Of a stretch of DNA of 64,000 nt, positions 39,095 to 50,688 are shown piece by piece. The number at the start of each line of letters is the position of its first letter. The stretch's first letter is position 1. Below the pieces are notes generated by a model. That model saw only the letters and a list, made by a program, of their open reading frames with translations. It ran no database searches and was not told where the DNA came from. The DNA is taken from the NCBI RefSeq assembly GCF_028641065.1, contig NC_073396.1:22816001-22880000 (forward strand), given 5' to 3'. A program made the position numbers and the translations under genes. This stretch comes from Leucoraja erinacea. Lineage: Eukaryota.

Positions 39095-42000
39095 CTAGAC
39101 TAAATGGGACCCGTTGGGTCCCAGTCGCACTGGAGGCATGGTCCCCCAAAGCAACCCATTCCCCAAAGCAATATTCCACCACTCACCCATAGCCCCTAAC
39201 AGCGCAGATGTGGCTCATTTCCCCTCATCTCCGGCCCTCCCTCCCCCCCCCCCCCCCCATTTATGTGTGTGAGGAGAGGAGGGGAGGCGGGTGTGCTGTG
39301 GGAGGGGAGGAGTGGAGTGGGCGTGTGTGTGTGGGCAGTGGGGTGGATGTGGGTTGAGAGCGTGGCGTGAGGGCGCGCAGGAGGGGGATGTGTGGGGAGG
39401 GGGGTCGGGGTGGGGGAGGGGGGAGGGGGGGGGGTTGTGTGGGGGAGGGATGGGTGGGTGTATGGGTGGGGAAGGGGAACTGTTTGTGGGGGAGGGGGGG
39501 GGTTGTGGGGGGAAGGGGGGGTGTGGGGAGGGTTGATCGCCGCAGATGCAGCTCGCACGCTGCTTTCTCCCCACACTCGCTCAACACACTCTGCTCATTC
39601 CGCTCCTTCAGCTTTATTCTCCTCGCCACCGGTGATTGACAGCGGGTGCAGGTAGCGGCATTTTTATTAAATTTTCAAACTTTCTTAACGTTTGTACTAT
39701 TCCACCAATTGGAACAAATCTTGTTGCACTTGCAGTGCAGGAGAATGGCGAGTAAGGTGGCGAAAAATCGCAGCGCTATCGGGTACCGTTTTTGCGCAAA
39801 TTTAAAAACAGCGTAAGCAAATTTTAAAACAACGCAAACTGGAAGAGGACAAGATGAGAGTCACAGTCACACGGGAGGCCTGGTCCCCCCCAACGCAACT
39901 TATACCCCAATGCAACATTCCACCACTCACTTGGTCCCCCTATACAACCCATTCCCCCAAAGCAATGATCCACCACTCTGGGGAGGGAGTGTGGGGGAGG
40001 GAGGGACAGAGTGTGGGGCAGGGGGGAGTGTGGGGGGAGTGTGGGGGGAAGGGGGGGATGTGGGGGAGGGGGGATATGTGGGGGAAGGATGGGATGTCGG
40101 GGAAGGGTGTGTGTGGGGGAGGGGGCGGGTGTGGGGAAGGGGGGGTGTGGGGAAGGGGTGGTGTCGGGAAGGTGGGGTGCGAGGAAGGGGGGGTGAGGGG
40201 AAGTGGGGGGGGGGGGTGTGGGGAAGGGTGGGGGGGTTTTGGTGGGGAGGGGGAGGTGTGTTGTGGGGAAGGGGGGGAGGTGTTGTGGGGAAGGGGGGAT
40301 GTTGTGGGGAAGGGGGAGTGTGTGGCGAGAGGGGTGTGAGAGGGGGATGTGTGGCGGAGGGGAGTGTGTGTGGGGGTAGGGGAGGGGGGTATTTGGGAGG
40401 GTGGTGTATGGGCTCAGCGGCTCCGTCTCCGACAGCACTCACCAGCTGCAGGTCCCGGCCTCAGTCTCAATCATTGGCTCCAAGACCTGGTGCCTGTCAC
40501 ACTTAGTGGCTCGAAGCACTCATCGGCTCCTCGAGGTTGCTGCCCCCACCCGCGAACACAGCAGCCCTCGCCCATGAACACAGTAGCCCCCTTTGGGGAA
40601 AACAGCAGCTTGCGAACAGCAGCAGCTCACAGACTAAGCCCCGCCTCCGGGACTTTATTCTCCGCGGGTGCCGGAAGGGGCATTACCTTCATGGTGACTG
40701 ACAGAAGACCAATCTGCTGATCTCACAATTTTTTTAAACATTCATAACTCTTTTATTATTTCACCAATTAGAAAAAACCTTGGTGAGGTTGGAGGAGAGG
40801 AGGACCGTGAGCAAGGGGGAGTGGGGTGTGGGTGAGGGGAAAGGGGTGTGGGGGTGGGGGGGTGTGGGGAATGAGGGAGATTGGGGGGAGAGAAAGGGGG
40901 GAGAGAGAAAAGGGGAGGAGGAGAGAAAGGGCGGAGAAAGAGAGAAAGGGGGGAGAGAAGGGGGGGGAAGAGAAAGGGAAGGGAGGAGGAGAGGAGGGGG
41001 GGTGATGGCGTGAGAGGGGGAGGGAAGAGGGAGGGGGGAGGGAGGGGGGGGGGGAGGGGGGGAGGGGTAGGGGGGGGAGGGAGGAGAGAGGCGGGGGAGG
41101 GATGGGGAGGAGAGAGGGGAGGAGGAAGGGAATAGAGAGGGGGAGAGCTGGGGAGGAGAGGGTGTGAGAGGGGGGGGGTGAGAGGGGGAGTAGGGTGGGT
41201 AGAGGGTGAAGGGGGGGGGGCAGGTTAATCTCCGCCAGAGTCTTGGGGAGGAGGGGGAGGGGGGGGGGAGGTGGGAGAGGTAGAGAGAGGAGGGGGGGGG
41301 GGGGGGAGAGGGGGAGGGGGGGGGGTGGGGGGAGTCGGGGGAAGAGGGGAGGGGGGGGGGGGGGGGGGGAGGAGGGGCAGAGACACGGTGGGGAAGCCGA
41401 GGCACGAGCTTGCATCGACCCAAGCTCTTGGGAGCTCTCGGGTACAGGGCCCAAGCCGAGCGGGCGAGTCACTCACTGCGTGAGCAGACGGCAGGCAGGC
41501 AGATCCATTGTGACGTCATCAGCGAAAAACAGGCTTTTTGATTTCAAAGTTTGATCGGATTTGTGAAGATTTTGACTAATAAGATATAAAGCACAACATT
41601 TTCAGATAAGGCGATTTCGGACTCCAGGGGATAAATCTCTACCCGAATATGTAAAAATTTACCATTAGCGCGTCATTTTTTCGAGAAGATGTGACATTAC
41701 ACAAACAAATAAATACACACAGACACACACACATCCAAGATCAGAGTTTTATAGTTATAATAACTAGACCAAGTGGGACCCGTTGGGTCACGTCCCCTCA
41801 ACGTGCGGCTGCGGGGGGAGGTGGTGGCCTGCAGTGTCACACACACACACACTAACCACCCTCCTCCCACACAAAAACTACCCCCCACTCACACTAACCA
41901 CCCCCCATGATATTATATTAATATTATTAATTGCCTCCATTTACCCCATCCCCACCCCCCAACTCACAGGCGCGTCTAGAGAGGGAGGGGGTGGGGTGTA

Positions 42001-42356
42001 AAGAGAGAGGGCAGAGAGAGAGAGCGAGTGGGAAGAGACAGTGAGAGGGGCAGAGACAGAGAGATCAGGGCAGAGACAGAAAGAAGGGGGAGGGGAGGAG
42101 AGAGGGGGGGGGGAGGGGAGAGGAGGGAGGGAGGGAGGGGGGAGGAAGGGGGGAGAGAGTGGAGGGAGTGGGGAGCGATGGGGGGGAGAGGGGTGGAGGG
42201 GTGTAGAGAGAGAGTAGGGGGGGAGTGGAGTGGGGGGGGGGGAGAGAGGGCGGGCAGAGAGGAGGGGGAGGGGGAGAGAGAGGGGGCAGAGGGGGGGGAG
42301 AGGGGGGAGGGGGAGGGGGGAGGAAGGGAGAGGTGAGGGGGAGGAGGGGGGGGGGA

Positions 42357-42387
<31 letters not shown>

Positions 42388-42885
42388 GACGGGGAAGAGG
42401 AGGAGGGGGGAGAGGGATTCGACTAGAGACGGACCCGAGAGCTCTAGTGCAGTTCCCAACTTGCTCGTTCTTCACTCACAGCGCTGCCTTCAGCAAAGAT
42501 CTTTGGTCGTCAGATGACGGGTCAACTTTTGCATAATGGGGGGAGGAGGCAGGGGTGAGGGGGGGGGTGACGTAATTCGCAGCAAAGATCTTATAGCGAA
42601 GCTATATAAGATCTTTGATTTGCAGTGCGAGCAGATGAAGCGCGAGAAGACGGCCGGCATTTCAAAGTGTGATCAGATTTGTGAACATTTAATAACTCAA
42701 GAAATGTAGCACAAAATTCTCAGAGAAGGTGATTTACCAGGTGGTAAATTTCTACCCGAATATGTAAAAGTTTTACTATTAGCGCGTTGTTTTTTCGAGA
42801 AGATGTGACAACACACAAACAAATAAATACCCACACACACACACACACATCCGCATACAAGATCAGCGTTTTATAGTTATAAGGA
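39095..42885 (-). mobile_element. Two head-to-tail non-autonomous Helitrons (39095-~41763 and 41764-42885) with G-rich cargo
   Basis: Two CTAG + GGGACCCGTTGGGTC 3' ends on minus, and 5' ends resembling TCCTTATAACTATAAAAC. Gene B has the empty site (..AACA|TAG..) near 62185 with no TSD. Confidence 0.85.
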
Positions 42886-43126
42886 TAGGTTCTGGTATAT
42901 TGTGTGCTTTTGGAGGGGAATTGATGGAGTGGCATTGAGAGGGTGGCCACCGTGCTGCCCTAGTTGGTGTAATGTCATGTGTTATATGATTCAAAGGGCT
43001 GGATCATGAGGAGTTATTCCCAACTACCATGTGCATTGCCACACAGCGGTTAATGTACAGGATTAATAGCAGCAGCGTGTGTTGTCTCCTGTGACATTGG
43101 TACAATCTGCAACGGAGCTGAAGAAT

Positions 43127-46100
43127 AATAGTAAGATTAAACGAGTACTTACCAGTACAAAGTTTGATCTGTATTTTATGAGGAGTTACGATGAGGGATT
43201 ACGTGAAGAACCCACCCAGCGCGCAGGCGCGGCATACTTCCAAGCAGCGGTGTGGAATCACAGATAGACACTAGTTGAAGTAAAGATAGTGAAGACCAAC
43301 GAGACATTAGTCCGAATTTGATCTATATAATGAGGGTGGGAGCGGAGGGCACGTAATCCCTCATCGTAACTCCTCATAAAATACAGATCAAACTTCGTAC
43401 TGGTAAGTACTCGTTTAATCTTACTATTTTACTTCGGAGTCACGTGAGTGACTACGTGAAGACTTCAAAGGTCTGTGATTTCAAACCGTGTAACAGTTAT
43501 ATCACTCACTGCCGAAAGGTCATCGAGGGAGGAAGTGGTAGCTAGAGACCAACAAGTTTGTTTAGTTATAAAAGAAATATTTATTAACTATAACAAAAAC
43601 AAAATAGCTCCCATGGGCTTTAAATCATAACTTTGCGGTTTGTAAAACAGTATCCGCAAAGACGTCCTGTTCCATCAGCGGTTTGTTGTAAAATCGTTGG
43701 AATGTCGATTCCCTTGACCATCCCGCTGCCCTGAGGATGTGGTCGAGGGGAACCTGCATCCTATCCGCCGCTGAGGTGGACGCTGCCCTGGTTGAATGGG
43801 ATTTAAAAACATTAGTGTTAATCCCTGCCATGCTGAGGACCTGTTTCAACCATCTGGATAATGTTTGGCTGGTTACCCGTCCAAAAGGCTTCCTGTGGCT
43901 AACCCATAAGGCTTTCTCTCTCCCTCTTAGCGCTTGGGTAGTGTCTAGATAATGTTTAAGGTGGGTCACCACACACAGCCTAGGTTCTGGAGGGTAAGCC
44001 CGGAAGATCATCGGGGAGTTTGATGTACCTGGTCTACTTTGTTTTAACCAACCCGGCATGTGAAAGTAATGGTATCTGGGGTGGTCACCATGTAGTTTAG
44101 ATTAAGCTGATGGAGCGACTGGACCCTTTGAGCTGAGACAAGCGCCATGAGCATGAGGGTTTTGTAAGTGGCCTGTTCCAGGCTCAGGGATCCACACGGA
44201 GGCCAACCTCGAAGGTGTGTGAGAACACTACACTCACATCCCACATGTGAGTGTATCTAGGCGTAGGGGGTTTGGTATTAAAGATCCCCTTAAGGAGTCT
44301 GATGACTAGAGGGTGGGATCCCACACTATGCTGTTCTATCGGCATTAGATATGCGGACAGTGCGCTCCGAGCCGTGTTGATGGCACTGTAGCTCATCTTG
44401 AGATCATGGTGCAGGTGGGCCAGGAACTCCAGCACATCCGAGATCGAAGTCGTCGTGTAGGATGTCCCTGCGTCCAGACAGTAGTTCCCATTTCCTGATG
44501 AAGGTCAGGTACTGTTTCTTGGTGGAAACTCGCAGGGATGCCGACATGGTGGTGATTGTTCTGTCTGATACCCCCAGTCCCCGGTAAGGCCTGTTCAAAA
44601 ACTGGAAACCAGGAGTTTCAATTTTTGGTGGCATGGATGGCTAATGCCAGTTACCGGGTGAGTCAATAATGGGGGGTGGTGTGAAGGACCATTGGTGTCT
44701 CTACCACCATGTCGTGGAACATTGGGAACCATGGTTGGGTAGGCCAGTCGGGCACGACCAGAATGCCAGAGGCTGAGTCTGCCTGAATTTTCTGGAGTAC
44801 CCGACTGATGAGGCAGAAGGGAGGGAAAGCATAGAAAAAGAAATTTCCCCAGTCCAGCGTGAAGGCATCTACCGCTGCTGCCTCTGGGTCTGGTTCCCAA
44901 GCCACATACATGGGTAGTTGGTGATTTAACCTAGACGCAAACAAATCTATATCTGGCGTACCATATTGCTTGATAATTTTAGCAAATGATTTTGGGTCCA
45001 ACATCCATTCGATGTTGTCGTTGAATTTTCGTGACCTGGTGTCCGCCACTAAATTTAGCTTGCCTGGTAAATAGGCAGGCTGATAGCCAAATATGTCTCT
45101 CGACACACCATTGCCAGATTATAGCAGTTAATTTGTCGCATGATACTGATTTAATGCCACCCATGTGCTGGATATAAGATACTGCCGTAGTGTTGTCGAT
45201 CATAATTCTAACATGCACGTGTCGCATACCAGATGCATATGCTTTTAGCCCATAAAAGGCGGCGAGCATTTCCAAAAAGTTAATGCCCAGTGAGTGTAGT
45301 AGCGATGCCTCTGAATTAGTCCATCTGCCACCTGTGCTGTCTTTGGAGTTAGTAGCTCCCCAGCCTAAAGCACTGGCATCCGTGGCAATGGTTATGTTAG
45401 GATTGGTTACGGTGATAGGACTGTGACTGTGCCAAATATTGTCAACCCACCACTGAAGTTCTAATTTGGCTTCAGCGGGTAAATCCATTTTGCGATCATA
45501 ATGCCCCCTATGAAGGCGTAATGCATGAGTCCTTGCTCTTTGGAGATTTTGATAATGCAAGGGCCCATGTTGGGCAGCCGGAAATGCTGCTACTATAGAG
45601 CCAATAACTCTGGCTACATGCCGTATTCTAGGTTGCGGTGTGGCAATTAAATGGCTACAAGCTTCAATGAGTGAAACTGTTTTGTTTCTGGGCAGAGTGA
45701 CAGTCATGTGAATCGTGTCAATAGTGAAGCCTAAGTAATCCATGTTAGTAGTAGGCTCCAATATTGATTTATCTGGGTGGAGGATAAAACCCAAAGTTTC
45801 AAGGAGTTGTTTAGTGGCTAACACTCCTGCGACAGCTTGATCCCGTGTTCTTCCTAATATGAGAACATCGTCCAGATAGGCCACTACTAAATGTTTTAAT
45901 TCTCTCAATTTCTTCATGGCCACTTTAAGAATTTTCGTAAATAGTCTGGGAGCTGTCGTTAAACCATTGGGCAAAGCTCGGTAACTGCCATAGCTGGCCC
46001 CTCCAGATAAATTTCAGATATTTAAAGTAATCTTTATGAATGGGTACCCAAATAGTAAGCATCTTTGATATCTATGCTTGCCATGTAGTATCCCTTGGAG

Positions 46101-47943
46101 ATCAGTTGTCTGGCAGTGACAAATGTCTCCATTTTGAAATGTTGATACTCAACAGACTGATTAAGTGATGTCAGGTCAATAATAATGCGACATCCACCAT
46201 CTTTTTTAGTTTTGAGAAAAATATTTGATACAAATCTTCTTGCGGCTCGTGTGTGGGTCATTTCTATGATGCCTTTAGCCACGAGCCGATCAAGTTCAGC
46301 TTGTCCTTCTACCTTCTCTCAACTGCCGAGGGAAGGAACACACCCTTTGGGGCATGTGCTGAACTGGCGGTTCTACGCCTGGTTTTGAATTCAATCTTGT
46401 ATCCACTAATACTGTTGAGTATAAACTGATTGTTAGTAAGGGAGCACCAAACATGCTTGAAGAACCTCAAACGTCCCCCTGTTAATACTACACCCTTTGT
46501 CTGTGTATGTTGACAGGAACCAGACCCACCTACCTCCATGTTCATTTGTGGGGTCGTTTTCGGTGGGTCTGGCCCAAGGTTGTCCGTGTTGGTGCTGCGG
46601 TGGGGCGGCGCATCTTCCCACGGCTCCGCCCTGGGCCCCGCTCTAAAAAAGAGCACTGGGGGTAGTGGGAGGCGGTCACCAGGCTTTCACCAGCTCGGTA
46701 TCTGCTGGTGGCTGCCGAGGCGTGCGGCCAACTGGGTGTCTTCGCCCTGCTCGGTCCTGGCCCTGCCCTCATGAGGCCTACTGGTTTTGCCGCCTCTTCC
46801 AACTCCTTGAGCCTTTTGGCCAGATCCGCACCAAATAGCAGCGCCTGTCGTTCGGGCGCTGGAGCTTTACAGAGGCCCGCATATGTTGGGTTGAGGGCAG
46901 GCCTGATGTTGTCCCGCCGTAGGTTGTTTAGCTCGTACGTGGTGCCGCACATCAGTGCGAGGGCATCTTGCTGGGGTATGGTCAGGTCTTCCTCCCCAAA
47001 CTGATGACCGAGCAAAGGCAAAGGGGGGTGACGGCTGCTGAGTGTAGCTTCAGGACTCGCTGCATGTTTACCTCCTGAGCCCTTATGTGCTGCCCCAGCT
47101 GGTTCCAGATCTGCCCATTTACCGTCTTGACCCTCAGCGCCTCGCAATTTTCGGGCGCGATGTAGTTGGCAAGGGCCTGCTGGACAGCCTTGTCCTTCAG
47201 CGGGTTGTTGGACAGCCTGTTTATAGTTGCCGCCATTCTGGGTGGCAACACACATCCCAGTTGTTGGTGGTTGCCGCATATCGGCCCACTACACCCAGTA
47301 GCTCTTCTTCCGGCACGCCCGGGCATGCTGACGATATCCTCCGCCTGCCCTTGGGATAGGCCAGCCCAGTCCTGGCCTCCCTACTGCCCCTCGAATATAG
47401 AGGGTACAGAAGGGTGTGGAGAGGAGGAGGCCAAAGCCCGTCCTCCTGGGAGATGCCGCATCTCCTCATTAATCATACGTTCGAGGAGCTGCCTCATGCA
47501 GCTCATCCGAACGTCTCCCCTTTTCGGTGGGGGAGAGTGTTCCCGTTCCTCCGAATCATCGGAGGACACCGGCCGGTCGGTTTTCTGTGTCGCCTTCCTC
47601 CCTGTGCGGGGCGTTGAGATTTGCAGCACTGGGGGCGGCTCGGTGTCGGGTGAGCGGGAGCGTTGAAAAAGCTCCTCCGCTGCGAGAGGCTGCCGTCCCG
47701 CTATGGACCCGTCCTCGGGTGGAGTAGGGCAGGCAGTCCTCCTGGCTGGTCGCTTGCGAGAGGCCATTATTCTCTCTAGCGCGACTCTGAAACAAAAAAG
47801 GCACTTACCTGAGGTCTCGTCTTTATGCTGCAGCTGGAGAGCCTGGCTCCAGCTGCTGCCGCTGTTGCACTGCTGACGTAATGCCGCGCCTGCGCGCTGG
47901 GTGGGTTCTTCACGTAGTCACTCACGTGACTCCGAAGTAAAAT
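43127..47943 (-). mobile_element. Full-length DIRS1-type tyrosine-recombinase retrotransposon in intron 7
   Basis: Gag-like ~46540-47767; RT/RNase H 44979-46282 (YLDD); adenine-methyltransferase-like domain (DLFAS..YAFPPF); tyrosine recombinase (HSTR...FY). Inverted termini, an ICR at ~43349-43462, and AAT at both junctions. Confidence 0.93.
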
Positions 47944-49034
47944 TAAAGATCAGTGATTAAATGGGAATAAAAGATAGTTCAGCTAATATGGACGCTGAGA
48001 TACTGGGTCACTTAAAGACACACCTAGTTCACTGATGCCCATAATTAATTTAGTTTAGAGATACAGCATGGAGACAGGCCCTTCGGCCCATCAAGTCCAT
48101 ACCAACCATTGATCACCCGTTCACACAAGTTCTGTTATCTCACTTTCACGTGCACTCCCGACACACTGGGAGTCTCTTCTTCTTCTTCTTCTTCTTCTTC
48201 TTGCGAATGAAAGATAAACCAAAGGAATAGTTAGATCTCAAGCCGAGTGTTGAGCAGCCAAGAAGAAGAAACTGTGCCTTTCCAAGGGAAATAAATTGCT
48301 GTTTATCCCTGGTACGACCAGATCAATACATTAGTAGACAAAAAACAAAGTACTGGAGTAACTCGGCGGGTCAGGCAGCATCTATGGAAACATGGATAAG
48401 TGATGTTTCAGGTCGAGACCTTTCTTCAAGCTCCTTCCTCAGATCTATCGTCAGACTGGGTCTGAAGATAGATCCCAACCTGAAGCATCACATATCCATG
48501 TGATCCACATATGCTGTTTGACCCACTAAGTTCTCCAGCACATAGTGTTTTTTTTTAAACCAGCATCAGCAGATTGTGTTAAAATCCACACAATAGTGGT
48601 TGACTCCTCACTACCTCCTTAGGTCAGGGGCATGGGCAATACCACCTGATCCTGCTGCAATGCCCACATCCTGGAACAAATAAATGGAAAATAAATGTGG
48701 TTAAAAATTCCTAGGTGTGTCTCTGGAACTTTACCTGCAAAAGTTAGACACTGAGCCACTTCATGAGATATTCATGCAAGCTCGAACAAAGACGTAGGTT
48801 TGAAGAACCATCTTTAAGATGAGTGATGGGAAGAGAGACAGAGGTTTTGGGAAATAATTCCAAAGGTTAATGTCACTGAGGGTGAAGATGCTGGCAGAGT
48901 GATGGAAATTGGAGATGTGTAAGGGGTAGAAGAGTGGAAATGCTGCCAAGATTGTTAATTCCCCTTCAGTGGACGTATTTTCAGCAATGCTTTTCAAACA
49001 GAATAACAACAGCGATTGTAAATTATATTTTCAG

Positions 49035-49176
49035 GACACTCCCGTGATCCCATTACTGACCTCGGTACTTTTCGATAAAACTCAGTGGGAAAACCCGGGA
49101 GCCTTTAACCCTTCCAACTTTCTGGATGCTGATGGGAAGTTTGTGAAGAAAGATGCTTTTGCTCCTTTCTCCATGG
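49035..49176 (+). CDS. CYP2 gene A exon 8
   Basis: [47 protein letters not shown]. 142 nt. Confidence 0.95.
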
Positions 49177-49877
49177 GTAAGATTTCTCCATTCTTGTACA
49201 TCTTCGTCATTCCTCCCAGACAGAACAATTACATTTCTATTTGTAGCAGCACAACTGAATATTTAAACACAGCACTCCGTAAGTGATATAATAAAAAAAA
49301 GTTTGGTATATATATAATGATATATACATGTGTATGTGTGTGTGTGTTTTGTATATATATCCACCCACACATACATGTACCTGTCCAAGAGTATTTTCAA
49401 TGTTGTAATAGTACCCGCTTCAACTACCTCCTCCGGTAGCTTGTTCCATCTTCCCACCACCCTGAGTGAAAACGTTGCAAGGGCAGAAAGGTGAGTATGG
49501 GACTGGGAAGGGGAGTTAAAATGGCTCTTATTGGACTTGCTTTACCATGAGAAAAATATTAGTTAATTAGTTAGGAGTGAATGTTATTCAAGGGCAGCAC
49601 GGTGTCTCCACTTGTAGAGCTGCTGCTTCCCAACGCCAGAGAGCCGGGTTCAATCTTCACTTTGGTTGCTGTCTGCGTGGAGTTTACATGTTCTCTCTTT
49701 GACTGCTTGTGTTTTTACGGGTACTCTGGTTGTGTGGGTTTGTAGATTAATTGGCCCTCTGTAAAATTGCTGCTAGTGTGTAGGGAGTGAATGTGACAAG
49801 ATAAAACTGATGAGAACGTGCGATTTATGGTCAGCGTGGACTCGGTGGGCCTAAGGGTCTATTTCATGCTGTATATT

Positions 49878-50310
49878 GGGTTGACTGGGCTTGTATTCAC
49901 TGGAATTTCGAAGGATGAGAGGGGATCTTATAGAAACATGTAAAATTCTTAAAGGGCTGGACAGGCTAAATGCAGGAAAAATGTACCCAATGATGGAGGT
50001 GTCCAGAACTAGGGGTCACAGTTTAAGAATAAGGGGTAGGCTATTTAAGGCAAAGATGAAGAAAAACATTTTCACCCAGAAAGTTGTGAATCTGTGGAAT
50101 TCTCTGCCACAGAAGACAGTGGAGGCCAATTCACTTGATGTTTTCAAGGGAGAGTAAGATTTAGCTGTTAGGGCTAAAGGAATCCGGGGATAAGGAGAAA
50201 AAGCAGGAACGGGGTACTGAGTTTAGATGATCAGCCATGATCATATTGAATGGCGGTCCTGGCTCGAAGGGCCGAATGGCCTACTCCTGCACCTATTTTT
50301 CTATGTTTCT
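49878..50310 (+). mobile_element. CR1 3' fragment in intron 8 (paralogous copy at 57436-57845 minus)
   Basis: LYSLEFRRMRGDLI...WNSLPQ, plus the tail. Confidence 0.85.
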
Positions 50311-50381
50311 ATATTTTGATGGATTAATTAATCAAACTTTGGATCTGTTAGAGCAACGTTGACATGTTTGTGCCTTTGCAG

Positions 50382-50560
50382 GACGCAGGGCCTGTGCTGG
50401 AGAAGCCCTGGCCAGGGTGGAGCTCTTCCTGTTCTTTACCACTCTGATACAGAAGTTCCGGTTTCAAGTCCCCCCGAATGTGAACAATCTGGAGCTTGTG
50501 TCCGGTGTGGGCTTCACATCATCCCCAAAATACCGAAACGTGTGTGCTGTGCGTCGCTGA
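50382..50560 (+). CDS. CYP2 gene A exon 9 (heme-binding Cys, stop)
   Basis: (FSM)GRRACAGEALARVELFLFFTTLIQKF...CAVRR*. The nine exons sum to 1500 nt = 499 aa. AATAAA at 50582. Confidence 0.95.
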
Positions 50561-50688
50561 TGTCAACACACCCTTTGACAGAATAAACATTTTGGCAAAG
50601 GAAATCTGTGAGAAAACATCTTTATGTGGCAATTGGTTTTTCTTTGGAATGTGGTACCGTATATCCATCTGCCTTCAAAAGCATCTTA

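Noticed and set aside
39196-42536. Many Pro-rich and Gly-rich ORFs on both strands
   Set aside because: Low-complexity G/C tracts lack stop codons in all frames and sit inside Helitron cargo.
44663-45106. Adenine methyltransferase next to a phage-type integrase as a horizontally acquired or novel system
   Set aside because: Both are standard parts of DIRS1 retrotransposons and lie within the element's termini.
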